Assembly (NCBI GenBank): GCA_045595785.1
Contig: JAZOBE010000043.1
Coordinates: 15,810 to 79,809 of the forward strand
Source: Eubacteriales bacterium
GTDB lineage: Bacteria; Bacillota; Clostridia; Oscillospirales; CAG-382
Direction of reading: 5' to 3'
Length of the DNA: 64,000 nucleotides
Shown here: in pieces, positions 55,690-64,000 of the stretch
Position numbering within the stretch: the stretch's first letter is position 1
How the letters are laid out: each line of letters starts with the position of its first letter
Position numbers and translations under genes: made by a program
The notes under the pieces: generated by a model
Databases searched by the model: none
What the model saw: only the letters and a program-made list of their open reading frames with translations
What the model was told of the DNA's origin: nothing

Positions 55690-56448
55690 TTATGATAATT
55701 TCTGCGCAACGACACAATACCAATCAAATGTATCAACATCAAAATCAGCAAATGCGGGCATACACATTACCTGTATATTTCCATATCCAAGGCTCGTCAG
55801 TTTGTTCATAATATCGCAACGTTTAATTGGAAAAACGTGTTCTTTGAAAACTTCATTTTCGGTAATAATACCATTTTTCTCCAATAGATATAAGATGTTG
55901 AAATCCATTGAACCATCCACGTTATAATCCCATAGTTGAACACAGTTGATTCTTGTTTCGCCGATGAATGCAGGATTGTATGGCCAAAAACGTTTACGCT
56001 CAACTAATATTTTGTCCCAATTTCTTGTATCGATATAAATATATCCGTTTTCATTCACAAGTGAATCCATTTGCTCGATTACATCGAATGCTTCTAAATT
56101 AGTAACATAAGGTAGCGAATTTCCCGTGGAGGCAACACAATCGAATTTCTGATTAAGACGACTTGAAACATTCCTAAAATCGCATTGAGTTAGTTTGATT
56201 GAAATGTCCTTGCTTTTTGCTTTTTTAGCGCATCGGTCAAGCATAGTTTGACTTATATCCGAACCATACAATTCTATTCCCAATTCCGCCAATGGAAGTG
56301 TGAGTGAGCCAGTTCCGATACTAACATCAAGAAAAGATTTGATATAGGTACCTTCCAATACCTTTTTCCAATGCAATATTGTTTGTTGATATTTACGCTC
56401 TGTTTCAAAAGCGTCATATAAATCGGCTCTATCGTATAAACTTGGCAT
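55690..56448 (-). CDS. class I SAM-dependent methyltransferase
   Basis: Motif I FLDVSIGTGSLTLPLAE, followed by YGSDIS and FDCVASTGNSL. Confidence 0.8.
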   Translation of the reverse strand: MPSLYDRADLYDAFETERKYQQTILHWKKVLEGTYIKSFLDVSIGTGSLTLPLAELGIELYGSDISQTMLDRCAKKAKSKDISIKLTQCDFRNVSSRLNQKFDCVASTGNSLPYVTNLEAFDVIEQMDSLVNENGYIYIDTRNWDKILVERKRFWPYNPAFIGETRINCVQLWDYNVDGSMDFNILYLLEKNGIITENEVFKEHVFPIKRCDIMNKLTSLGYGNIQVMCMPAFADFDVDTFDWYCVVAQKLS

Positions 56449-56473
56449 GATTTTTCTCCTAAATTATAACAAT

Positions 56474-57106
56474 TCAATCATTAATATATGACATATCACT
56501 TAACTTCGATATCATACGATGTTCACCATCATCAAGCAAAATCGAAACACTACCGGCTTTGCCCCAAATCACAGTTTGGTCGAGTGAATGTATACCCATA
56601 CCCAACCAAATCGCAAACAAAACACTTAAAGTTCCGCTATGCGAAACAATTATCAAGTTCTTTTCCGAGGGAAAGATTATATCGTTATAGAACTGCAACA
56701 CCCTATCCCAAACGTCACGTCTTGTTTCTGCATTACGGAACACTTGTCCATCGGCAGTACAAGCCCAATCTATCGTTCCTTCCCAAACAGGGCAACATAG
56801 ATTGTTTTTTGCCCATTCTTTGGATTTTCCTATTGCTTCACCTAAATTGAACTCTCTGATTCGTTCATCAAATATAGGGGTTGTATTAAGATAACTTGAA
56901 ATAACCTCGGCGGTATGTTTTGTTCTTAATAAATCCGACGAATATATTGTATAATCGTCGCCGGTGATTTCGGCAGAAAGTTTCTTGGCAATGTTATGTG
57001 CTTGCTTAATACCTAATTCGGTTAAATCCCAATTGTACCACGAACCGATCATTCGGTTGATATGTTGTTCGGATTGAGGATGCTGGATGACAATGATTTT
57101 TTTCAT
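56474..57106 (-). CDS. histidine phosphatase (phosphoglycerate mutase-like) family protein with an atypical N-terminal motif
   Basis: Overall pattern KIIVIQHPQSEQH...DLTELG...SSDLLRTKHTAE...VSHSGT. The usual RHG reads QHP. Confidence 0.65.
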   Translation of the reverse strand: MKKIIVIQHPQSEQHINRMIGSWYNWDLTELGIKQAHNIAKKLSAEITGDDYTIYSSDLLRTKHTAEVISSYLNTTPIFDERIREFNLGEAIGKSKEWAKNNLCCPVWEGTIDWACTADGQVFRNAETRRDVWDRVLQFYNDIIFPSEKNLIIVSHSGTLSVLFAIWLGMGIHSLDQTVIWGKAGSVSILLDDGEHRMISKLSDMSYIND

Positions 57107-57170
57107 ATAACGGATATTGCCTCATTTCAATTTTTCTGAAATGCTTTAGTATAAAAGCATTTCAAGAGTT

Positions 57171-57746
57171 TTATATGCTTCGTATAGATAATATTTCATC
57201 TACGAGTGCTTTGGGTAGACGTGGAAACGGAATGATGGGTTTCGGAGGACATAAATCTCCTATGGTTTTCTCGTACCAAACGACGTCTAACCACTGTTCT
57301 TTTTTATAACCAACCGCATGATATGTGCCAACGACATTAAATCCGAATTTTTCGTGCAAAGTAGCGCTTGCGGGATTTGGTGTAGTAACACCGGCGTAAA
57401 GACTGACGAAATTTTGAAGTTTTAATATATCGATTAGCGCTGTATATAACCGTGTACCAATCCCTTGGTATCGCTTAGTTTTATCAATATATATAGACAA
57501 TTCCGCATCCCAACCATACGCCGCTCTTTCTCTAAATGCTGATGCGTATGCATATCCAATAATACAACCATCTTCTTCAGCAACAATAAACGGATATTTT
57601 CCCAATTTCTCTGTAATGCGTTTCGAAAATTCATTGACATCTGGTGCTGTGTATTCAAATGATATTGTTGTATTTTCGACATAATATTTATAAATTTCAG
57701 AAAGCTCTTTTGCATCTGATATATTTGCCACGCGTAAATTCATCAT
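57171..57746 (-). CDS. GNAT-family N-acetyltransferase (phosphinothricin acetyltransferase-like)
   Basis: Start at MMNLRVA. Contains YYVENTTISFEYTAP ... RYQGIGTRLYTALIDILK ... NPASATLHEKFGF, typical of the PAT/bar-like subgroup. Confidence 0.7.
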   Translation of the reverse strand: MMNLRVANISDAKELSEIYKYYVENTTISFEYTAPDVNEFSKRITEKLGKYPFIVAEEDGCIIGYAYASAFRERAAYGWDAELSIYIDKTKRYQGIGTRLYTALIDILKLQNFVSLYAGVTTPNPASATLHEKFGFNVVGTYHAVGYKKEQWLDVVWYEKTIGDLCPPKPIIPFPRLPKALVDEILSIRSI

Positions 57747-57801
57747 ATTCTTTCTCTTTCCTAAAATAACTTGCAATTGGTTTTCAAAACGGGTTATTCG
57801 T

Positions 57802-58593
57802 TTATTTCATATCCTGCTTACAAAGCTGTTCTTTACAACGTTCAAATCTTTCTTTACCGCAATATGGAATAACGAGCAGGTCGAGCTGTTCGGGCGTAAG
57901 TCCTACATTGCATCTTCCGGGATGCGTAAAAGCGCCTAAAACCGTTTCGCAAGGGTATTCCTCGCATTGCACGCAAACGTCATATCCTTTTCCCTTTGCA
58001 CAATCTCTTGTTTTACAGCCTGAATAACAACCGGCGCAGTTGACGCCGGAATAGTCCTCTTTTTGTTCATCGGGCGAGAAGTATATTTTGTAATTCTCGT
58101 CGGTGAACAGAACTCGGTTTTCTTTGCCGCCATTAGTGGCTCTTAAAAGACATTGGTCACAACGGTTACCGCAACAGCCTATTTCAGCATCTTTTAAATT
58201 CTCAACCTTACGGTTGGGTTTCTTTTTTATCTTAATGAGTTCAATAATTTCATCGACGTTTGTATTGACGTCAACATCAATGAACATCCATTTTCCGTCG
58301 TGATATGTACGGCTGTTGTCATAGTAATTGAGAATATAATCGGAAAAATTATCTCTGACCGCGTCAAACTTTTCTCGTTCCGCTTTTCCGAATATGACAA
58401 GTGCATTGAAACGGTTTTCTTGTACACTCAAGCTAACAAGCGTTTTGCCGCTTTTGCGGAATTTCAATATTTCCTTTCCATCCCACCATTCTTCCATTAT
58501 ATAGTAGGCACGAATAAAACCAACGAGCTTTTCCCAAGACTTCGAGACTTCATCACCGAGCTTGTTCTGTATATTTATATATGCTTCAATCAT
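57802..58593 (-). CDS. two-domain hypothetical protein (DUF3788-like N-terminus, Cys-rich DUF3795-like C-terminus, from memory)
   Basis: The C-terminal half has CCGNRCDQC ... CAGC ... CxxxxxxxxCVQCEEYPC clusters. The family names are from memory only. Confidence 0.5.
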   Translation of the reverse strand: MIEAYINIQNKLGDEVSKSWEKLVGFIRAYYIMEEWWDGKEILKFRKSGKTLVSLSVQENRFNALVIFGKAEREKFDAVRDNFSDYILNYYDNSRTYHDGKWMFIDVDVNTNVDEIIELIKIKKKPNRKVENLKDAEIGCCGNRCDQCLLRATNGGKENRVLFTDENYKIYFSPDEQKEDYSGVNCAGCYSGCKTRDCAKGKGYDVCVQCEEYPCETVLGAFTHPGRCNVGLTPEQLDLLVIPYCGKERFERCKEQLCKQDMK

Positions 58594-58622
58594 TATTTTC
58601 CTCGTTTCTTTTATAAACTGAA

Positions 58623-59003
58623 TTATGTGTTAGGCCAACAACGAAAACATATTATATTTCCATCTGGGTCTCTGAAATGCACTGACTTTGCGCCCCATGG
58701 ATATGTTTTGGGACCAGATACAAATTCAACATTTAATTCTTTAAGCTTTAACACCGCACTATCAATCTCATCAAGATTAAATCCTGTTGTCATTTTTCCT
58801 GTTCCATGATACCGGTCGAAATTAAAGTTCATATCCGATTCTGCCGCCATTTGAGAATACAATGTAATTCTTAAAGAGCCTATTTCAAATTGGGTATGGA
58901 TCTCATTTTTCTCGATAGAAATGTCAAATAGTTTCTCGTAAAAATCAACGAGATTGAGTACGTCTTCTGTGATCAGCGTAATGTCTGTGAATGTAATGTT
59001 CAT
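58623..59003 (-). CDS. VOC-family (glyoxalase/bleomycin-resistance fold) protein
   Basis: 126 aa with the C-terminal PWGAKSVHFRDPDGNIICF pattern. Confidence 0.65.
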   Translation of the reverse strand: MNITFTDITLITEDVLNLVDFYEKLFDISIEKNEIHTQFEIGSLRITLYSQMAAESDMNFNFDRYHGTGKMTTGFNLDEIDSAVLKLKELNVEFVSGPKTYPWGAKSVHFRDPDGNIICFRCWPNT

Positions 59004-59032
59004 ATTGTGCCTCTTATAAAATACAGAATATT

Positions 59033-59338
59033 TTATAACGATAAATCGCTATAATAAATAATTTCTTTTCCTAATGATTCCGCAAATTCAATTTCACTTT
59101 TCGTACTATTTCCAATATAACCGTTCACATCGACAACCAAAATAGCATCCGACAATTTGATTTTCTCTTTATGCATTTTATCAAACATTAATGCTTCTGA
59201 TTGAGAATAGCTTTCCTTATCAGGACGAGTTAATTCATTGGGCATTAAAACACAGTGTCCCTCAAGGGTTAACTTTTCCGCCACTTCAATCATTTGTCTT
59301 TTGAATTTATAACTTCCGCAAATCGTTATTATTTTCAT
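59033..59338 (-). CDS. small hypothetical protein (possibly nucleoside 2-deoxyribosyltransferase-like fold)
   Basis: 101 aa with a Rossmann-like start MKIITICGS and an ATGA overlap with the upstream gene. The fold guess is weak. Confidence 0.35.
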   Translation of the reverse strand: MKIITICGSYKFKRQMIEVAEKLTLEGHCVLMPNELTRPDKESYSQSEALMFDKMHKEKIKLSDAILVVDVNGYIGNSTKSEIEFAESLGKEIIYYSDLSL

Positions 59339-59865
59339 AGGAGCGCCTTCTTTGCTTCATCTATACATTTTTTTATAAATGTACTTTTATAATTTGAATA
59401 TGCCAAAACATCTGTCGGAAAAAGCTCGGTAGCTTTAATCTTGATTTGTTCATATTCGATTGCTTTATCGGGATGAGCATTCATATAATCTCTAAACAAA
59501 ATATGCTTATTCCATTGTTCTTCACCATATATGACTACTTGAATATTATTCAATCGGTTTCCGTTTTCATCGTCTTTTGAAAATAAGACAATATCTGAAA
59601 AGGGTTGACCGGACGATTTATAAACGCCAATATTTAATAGAGGTTCAATATAATTATCCAAGCTATCAAAACTATTAACACCGATAGCGATATCAATAAT
59701 CGGCTTAGCTTTAATGTTCTTTATTGACGTACTCCCAATGTGCTGAACATCCACAGCAAAAGCACCCAATATATCTTTAAGTTGAGTTATAATACGATTC
59801 GCTTCTATTTCCCAATCTTTACAATGGTCGCACAACATAACTGTTCCGCGTTTTAGTCCAAGCAT
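59335..59865 (-). CDS. GrpB-family protein
   Basis: Start taken at MLGLKRG (SD GGAGG 5 nt upstream). VQHIGSTSI...KPIIDIAIGV is the GrpB signature. Confidence 0.7.
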   Translation of the reverse strand: MLGLKRGTVMLCDHCKDWEIEANRIITQLKDILGAFAVDVQHIGSTSIKNIKAKPIIDIAIGVNSFDSLDNYIEPLLNIGVYKSSGQPFSDIVLFSKDDENGNRLNNIQVVIYGEEQWNKHILFRDYMNAHPDKAIEYEQIKIKATELFPTDVLAYSNYKSTFIKKCIDEAKKALL

Positions 59866-60074
59866 ACATACCTCCAACTTAAATGATTTTTATAAATTAT
59901 ACCACAGCAAAGATAAATTATCAATATACATAAAATCCTATGAGACTGAAATATTTTCTGCAATAGCTATACTCCGAATAAACTCACTTTTTATTAAAAC
60001 TGCTTTTTACTTGCCAAATTGTATCTTGTTTTTCATATTAACTTCGCATTCTTAAAAACAGAAAGGTGGAGTTT

Positions 60075-60221
60075 ATGTTAGGCAAAAGAAAAAGACTGCA
60101 ACACAGGCACATCAATACGGTGTTTGCGTTGGGCAAGGCAAAAACAGAACAAATGAAAGGGCGTGATAAAACTATGTTACAAAAGAAAACTGAATATTGG
60201 CAGGAGGTGAACAGCGAATGA
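60075..60221 (+). CDS. 48-aa basic hypothetical protein translationally coupled to the serine recombinase (below the ORF-track cutoff)
   Basis: SD AAAGGTGGAG before the ATG at 60075. The stop TGA overlaps the recombinase ATG (ATGA). Confidence 0.3.
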   Translation: MLGKRKRLQHRHINTVFALGKAKTEQMKGRDKTMLQKKTEYWQEVNSE

Positions 60222-61684
60222 CCGCAGTAATTTACGCAAGATATTCCTCAGACAGTCAGCGTGAGGAAAGCATTGACGGTCAGCTTCGTGAGTGTATGGC
60301 ATTTGCGGAAAGACAAGGTATCTCCGTAATTGATACCTACATTGACAGAGCATTATCTGCAAAAACGGATAACCGACCGCAATTTCAGAAAATGATTAAA
60401 GACAGTTCTAAGAAGAAGTTTGATATAATCATTGTTTGGAAATTGGATCGTTTTGCAAGAAATCGCTACGACTCGGCTCGTTACAAAAATGCACTAAAAA
60501 AGAACGATGTCAAAGTGATCTCGGCAACCGAAAATATATCTGCCGGTTCGGAGGGTATATTGCTTGAATCTGTGCTGGAAGGTATGGCAGAATACTACTC
60601 CGCAGAGCTTGCTGAAAAGGTTACAAGAGGTCTTACGGAAAACGCCTTAAAGTGCAAATTCAACGGTGGTACAGTTCCTATTGGATATGTCATTAACAAT
60701 GAGCAGATGTTTGAAATTGATCCGTTAAAAGCTCCCTGGGTACTTGAAGCATTCAAATTATACGACAAAGGTAAGACCATTAAAGAGATCGTAACTCTGT
60801 TAAATACAAAGGGATTGACTACTTCTCTCGGGAGCAAGATTTCCATCAACATTGTGACGACTATGCTAAAGAATAGGCGTTACATCGGTGAATATAAGTT
60901 TCAAGAGATTATTCACGAGAACGGTATTCCGCAGATAGTTCCAAAAGATTTGTTCAACAAGGTACAGGAGCAGTTGCAGAAAAACAAAAAAGCCGCCGCA
61001 AGGCACAAAGCCGAGGACGACTATCTGTTGACTACTAAGCTGTACTGTGGCAAGTGTGGTGTCTATATGACAGGAGAAAGCGGTACGGGCAGGAATGGTA
61101 CGGTGCACCGCTACTATAAATGCAACAATACAAAGTACAAGCACTCCTGTGATAAAAAGACTGTTAAAAAGGAATGGATCGAAGACATTGTTGTTCGATA
61201 CACCAAGGAAATGCTATTACAGGACGATGTAATCGAGGACATTGCAAACATCGTACTCCGCGTAGCCAGCACCGAAAACACATCTGTCACCCTTCTGAAA
61301 CAACAATTGAGCGAAACAGAAAGAGCGATAGCCAATCTGATGAACGCTATCGAACAGGGAATCATTACAACTACCACGAAACAGCGTTTGATTAAACTTG
61401 AAACTACCAAAGAAGAATTGGAATTAAAGATTATTAAAGAAGAACTGAAACACCCTCCTCTTACCAAAGAGGGACTAATCTTCTGGTTGCACAGATTTCG
61501 TAGCTTAGATACAACGAAAAAAGAACACAAGCAGAGACTCATTGACAGCTTCGTGAATGCAGTGTATGTATATGACGATAAGCTGGTTTTGACCTTTAAC
61601 TACAACGAAGCAAATACTACCGTTACTCTTGATGAGGTAAATGGTTCGATTATAGAATGCTCTGGTGCACCAAAAAAGAAGTAA
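60218..61684 (+). CDS. large serine recombinase
   Basis: Start at MTAVIYARYSSDSQ (catalytic Ser region, SD AGGAGGTG). Contains a resolvase domain, a recombinase domain, a zinc ribbon CGKCG...YYKCNN, and a C-terminal coiled coil. Confidence 0.9.
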   Translation: MTAVIYARYSSDSQREESIDGQLRECMAFAERQGISVIDTYIDRALSAKTDNRPQFQKMIKDSSKKKFDIIIVWKLDRFARNRYDSARYKNALKKNDVKVISATENISAGSEGILLESVLEGMAEYYSAELAEKVTRGLTENALKCKFNGGTVPIGYVINNEQMFEIDPLKAPWVLEAFKLYDKGKTIKEIVTLLNTKGLTTSLGSKISINIVTTMLKNRRYIGEYKFQEIIHENGIPQIVPKDLFNKVQEQLQKNKKAAARHKAEDDYLLTTKLYCGKCGVYMTGESGTGRNGTVHRYYKCNNTKYKHSCDKKTVKKEWIEDIVVRYTKEMLLQDDVIEDIANIVLRVASTENTSVTLLKQQLSETERAIANLMNAIEQGIITTTTKQRLIKLETTKEELELKIIKEELKHPPLTKEGLIFWLHRFRSLDTTKKEHKQRLIDSFVNAVYVYDDKLVLTFNYNEANTTVTLDEVNGSIIECSGAPKKK

Positions 61685-61716
61685 CTTTTGTTTATCAAAA
61701 GTTACTTCTTTTTTTA
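61681..61716 (+). terminator. rho-independent terminator
   Basis: gtaacttttg ... caaaagttac hairpin followed by ttcttttttt, overlapping the recombinase stop. Confidence 0.75.
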
Positions 61717-61766
61717 TCCAAGCCACAGGCGTGGCATATCATCACGGCGCGAAGTGCTGTATATAG

Positions 61767-64000
61767 TTATTCGGTTATTTCCAATCTTCCGGGGAGCGCG
61801 GTTATGTCGTAGCAATCGCTTACGTCCTTGGTAATTCCGTTTTTGGTTTCATAAACGTAAACGTGAAGTATTTGGTTTACCGCAGTTCCCACCTCGGTTA
61901 TTTCGCCGATCGTTTCGACCCGGATTTCCGTGTTCGGCAGTATGGTACCGCTTACTAGCCGCCATTCTTCACATTTTAGCGGAGTGCCGTCATACGTTTT
62001 GGAAGCAGAACCAAGCTGTATCACCAGCTTGCGCTTATTTATCGTCAGTTTTCCGCCGGTGTATGATACCTTGTAGTATTTGTCCGTAACGTCATTTCCG
62101 TTGGAATCGTATATCTTAACCTTTAATATCTCGGTTTTATATATCCCCGGCTTAATATGATTAATATCCTCGTGTATGTCTATCTTAGCCGTGTGTCCAG
62201 GCAAAAGTCTGCCTTCGTTTATAACTACCTTTTCTCCGTTCCACTCACCAAAGGGCTGGCCGTCATACTCTTTTACCGCGTTATAAGCGCTTATGCTTAC
62301 TTCGTTTTTCGTTCCCGGTACACCGAATCCCGAACCGGTTACCTCTACGGGTATCCAGCCTAACGAATCAATGAATATTTCTACCCAAGCGTGTCGGTCA
62401 AAGGTCGAAAGAGACACAGTGGTATCAGGCTCCAGATATACGGAAAAACCGGTAACGTATCTGGCAGGGATGCCGTACGCACGGTACATCATTGTCGCCG
62501 CCGCAGCAAAATGCTGGCACACGCCTTCCTTGGCAACGTCAAGGAAATATACCGCCACGTCAACGCTTTCCGGGTACGGAGCACCGTAAAGGTTATACGT
62601 TCCTGCGTTCTGCACGTATTTTCGTATGCTGTCGGCAAGAATGAATATATCCTTGGTATCATCAATTCCGTTTTCCTTACCTATACGAAGCATTTCCGTT
62701 TTTGTGTAGTCGGGTATCTGCAGATATTCGGAATACACGAACTGCGTATAATCCCACAATGCGCCGGAGAAATCATCGTGAATATACTCTCGCATTTCCG
62801 TAATGCTGTCGGTCAGCTTAACAAATTTATAGTCGTATTTGTTCATGCCGGAAAGAAAATACGAATCACTGGTTCCGAACATAGAGGAATCGTATGAATA
62901 ATAGGGAATAATAACGGGACAGTTGGTGTTTCTTTCCACGGTAATAGTCCACAGTGAATGTCGGTTTCCGTTAACAGAGCGTCCTATAAAATCCAGCGGG
63001 GACATATAGAGCTTGTTATAATCGGTTGCGGAATCAAATCCGCTGCCGTTATAATCGCCGTAAGATGTGGCTCTCAGAAATGCGGAAAAGGGATATGCTC
63101 CGCTTCCCGTCAGCTTAACTCTTGCATATATAATTTCGGGCGCATCAGTAGGAGGGAATCCTATTCCCGTCGCTCCTCCTACACCGAACATACCGTCGGT
63201 GGTGCCGTCTCCGTTGCTGCCCGGTTCGCTCGAACCTCCTGCTCCGTCTTCGGGGCCAACGGTTGTTCCGCCGGGGCCGTTACCGATATTTCCGCTTCCA
63301 GGGTCATTGGGGTTATAGTCGTCGTTGGGAAGCACCGTAAGCGTACCGAGCTTGTAGGTAATATCGTAGTTTTTGGTACAATTTCTGCCTCCGTTTAATA
63401 TCATCGCCGTGAAATAATTGGGACTTTCTCCCACTTCGGTCTGTGAGCCGGTAAATGTCGGGTTAACAACGTCACCGTTTACCAATGAGTTATCCGATAC
63501 CGAAAAGCTGTGAGCCGTAAGCGCTGTGGCGTCGTACAGCTTTTGTGCGCTTGAAGAAGCAATGGTGATAGGGCGGGGAGTTATCTTCAGTGTGCCGTAT
63601 TCAACCACTATTTCATATCCCGCAGCTGTCACATTAACGTTGTTTTCGTTGTAAATCATAACCAAGAGGGTGTTGTCCTTTTCGCCTACGTCAATTAACA
63701 TTCCGTTAGCTTCGCCCTCAAGTCTGTGTCCCGGCAGAAGCTGACCTGAAATCAGCTTATAACCCGGCGCTTGCAACAATTTTCCGTCATAAACCTTTTG
63801 AGCGGAATCGGTGGTGAAGGTAAGCAGGATAGGATTAATTGTAAGCTCGCCTGCGTCAACCAGTATATTATAATTGTGAGTGACATCTTTTTTGTTTTCG
63901 TCGGTTATTATTACGCTCAGCACGTTTTTGCTTTTGCCTACAATCGTTCTTGTTCCCACCGCCTCTGCGGTAATCGTGTGACCTTCAAGCACTGCGCCGC
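61767..64000 (-). CDS. large transglutaminase-core domain protein with repeated beta-rich modules (5' end outside the window)
   Basis: The frame is open to the window edge. Transglutaminase Cys-His-Asp context: GVCQHFAAAATMMYRAYGIPARYVTGF ... DRHAWVEIF ... GWIPVEVT. Flanking repeated modules have the form KxYDGxxL...GxLLPGH. Confidence 0.8.
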   Translation of the reverse strand, partial: GAVLEGHTITAEAVGTRTIVGKSKNVLSVIITDENKKDVTHNYNILVDAGELTINPILLTFTTDSAQKVYDGKLLQAPGYKLISGQLLPGHRLEGEANGMLIDVGEKDNTLLVMIYNENNVNVTAAGYEIVVEYGTLKITPRPITIASSSAQKLYDATALTAHSFSVSDNSLVNGDVVNPTFTGSQTEVGESPNYFTAMILNGGRNCTKNYDITYKLGTLTVLPNDDYNPNDPGSGNIGNGPGGTTVGPEDGAGGSSEPGSNGDGTTDGMFGVGGATGIGFPPTDAPEIIYARVKLTGSGAYPFSAFLRATSYGDYNGSGFDSATDYNKLYMSPLDFIGRSVNGNRHSLWTITVERNTNCPVIIPYYSYDSSMFGTSDSYFLSGMNKYDYKFVKLTDSITEMREYIHDDFSGALWDYTQFVYSEYLQIPDYTKTEMLRIGKENGIDDTKDIFILADSIRKYVQNAGTYNLYGAPYPESVDVAVYFLDVAKEGVCQHFAAAATMMYRAYGIPARYVTGFSVYLEPDTTVSLSTFDRHAWVEIFIDSLGWIPVEVTGSGFGVPGTKNEVSISAYNAVKEYDGQPFGEWNGEKVVINEGRLLPGHTAKIDIHEDINHIKPGIYKTEILKVKIYDSNGNDVTDKYYKVSYTGGKLTINKRKLVIQLGSASKTYDGTPLKCEEWRLVSGTILPNTEIRVETIGEITEVGTAVNQILHVYVYETKNGITKDVSDCYDITALPGRLEITE

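Larger units (their letters stand above)
43106..61760. mobile_element. tRNA-Leu-associated accessory genomic island (possibly composite) with a tyrosine integrase at the left end and a large serine recombinase at the right end
   Basis: It starts right after a tRNA 3' end. The integrase is adjacent. Sequence and codon usage are visibly AT-richer from about 46.6 to 60 kb. The cargo is regulators, small-molecule-modifying enzymes and a defence-like operon. Core-like sequence resumes at 61767. The boundaries are not proven, because no att repeats were found by eye. Confidence 0.55.

Overview
All calls rest on reading the six-frame translations for motifs, on gene order, and on inspecting the DNA by eye. 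No homology search, RNA folding or GC calculation was run. The window looks like chromosome from a Clostridia-class Firmicute. A dockerin-bearing secreted protein suggests a Ruminococcus-like cellulosome or amylosome producer, but that is inference.

Layout:
(a) 1-6.4 kb: Opp/Dpp ABC ATPases and a sugar-acid-type catabolic operon (MBL hydrolase, enolase-superfamily dehydratase, SDR, cupin) with a LuxR-type regulator.
(b) 6.6-15.4 kb: a small Cys-rich ORF followed by a 2840-aa surface adhesin. The adhesin has a signal peptide, a vWA/MIDAS domain, SpaA-like domains, about 14 tandem isopeptide-type pilin repeats, an (SDPDV)n linker and a C-terminal membrane tail.
(c) 15.6-18.2 kb: a PlsC-like acyltransferase and a GltS-like symporter.
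(d) 18.2-27.3 kb: a compact, co-directional phage-derived cluster (GtrA-like, TerS, TerL, portal, scaffold, capsid, three unknowns, holin, small membrane protein). I found no integrase, replication, repressor, tail-fibre or endolysin gene in it. It sits directly downstream of lepA-hemW.
(e) 27.4-43.0 kb: housekeeping genes (hemW, lepA, lipid kinase, Na/Pi transporter, clpX, clpP, tig) plus surface-related genes (dockerin protein, discoidin protein, MORN protein, class B sortase, SGNH hydrolase).
(f) 43.0-61.75 kb: tRNA-Leu(CAG) followed by a visibly AT-richer accessory island. The island starts with a tyrosine integrase and ends with a large serine recombinase.
(g) 61.77 kb to the window end: a transglutaminase-core surface protein, truncated by the window edge.

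The island carries regulators, several acetyl- and methyltransferases, a non-coding stretch with a repeated TCATTCCGAA decamer, and an adjacent GC-rich candidate structured RNA.

The most interesting item is a tight three-gene operon at 47.1-51.4 kb. It encodes a calcineurin-like metallophosphoesterase, a PIN-like / kinase-like / multi-zinc-ribbon protein, and a TerY-like vWA protein. I read it as an undescribed variant of the TerY-P (vWA-kinase-phosphatase) conflict/defence triad.
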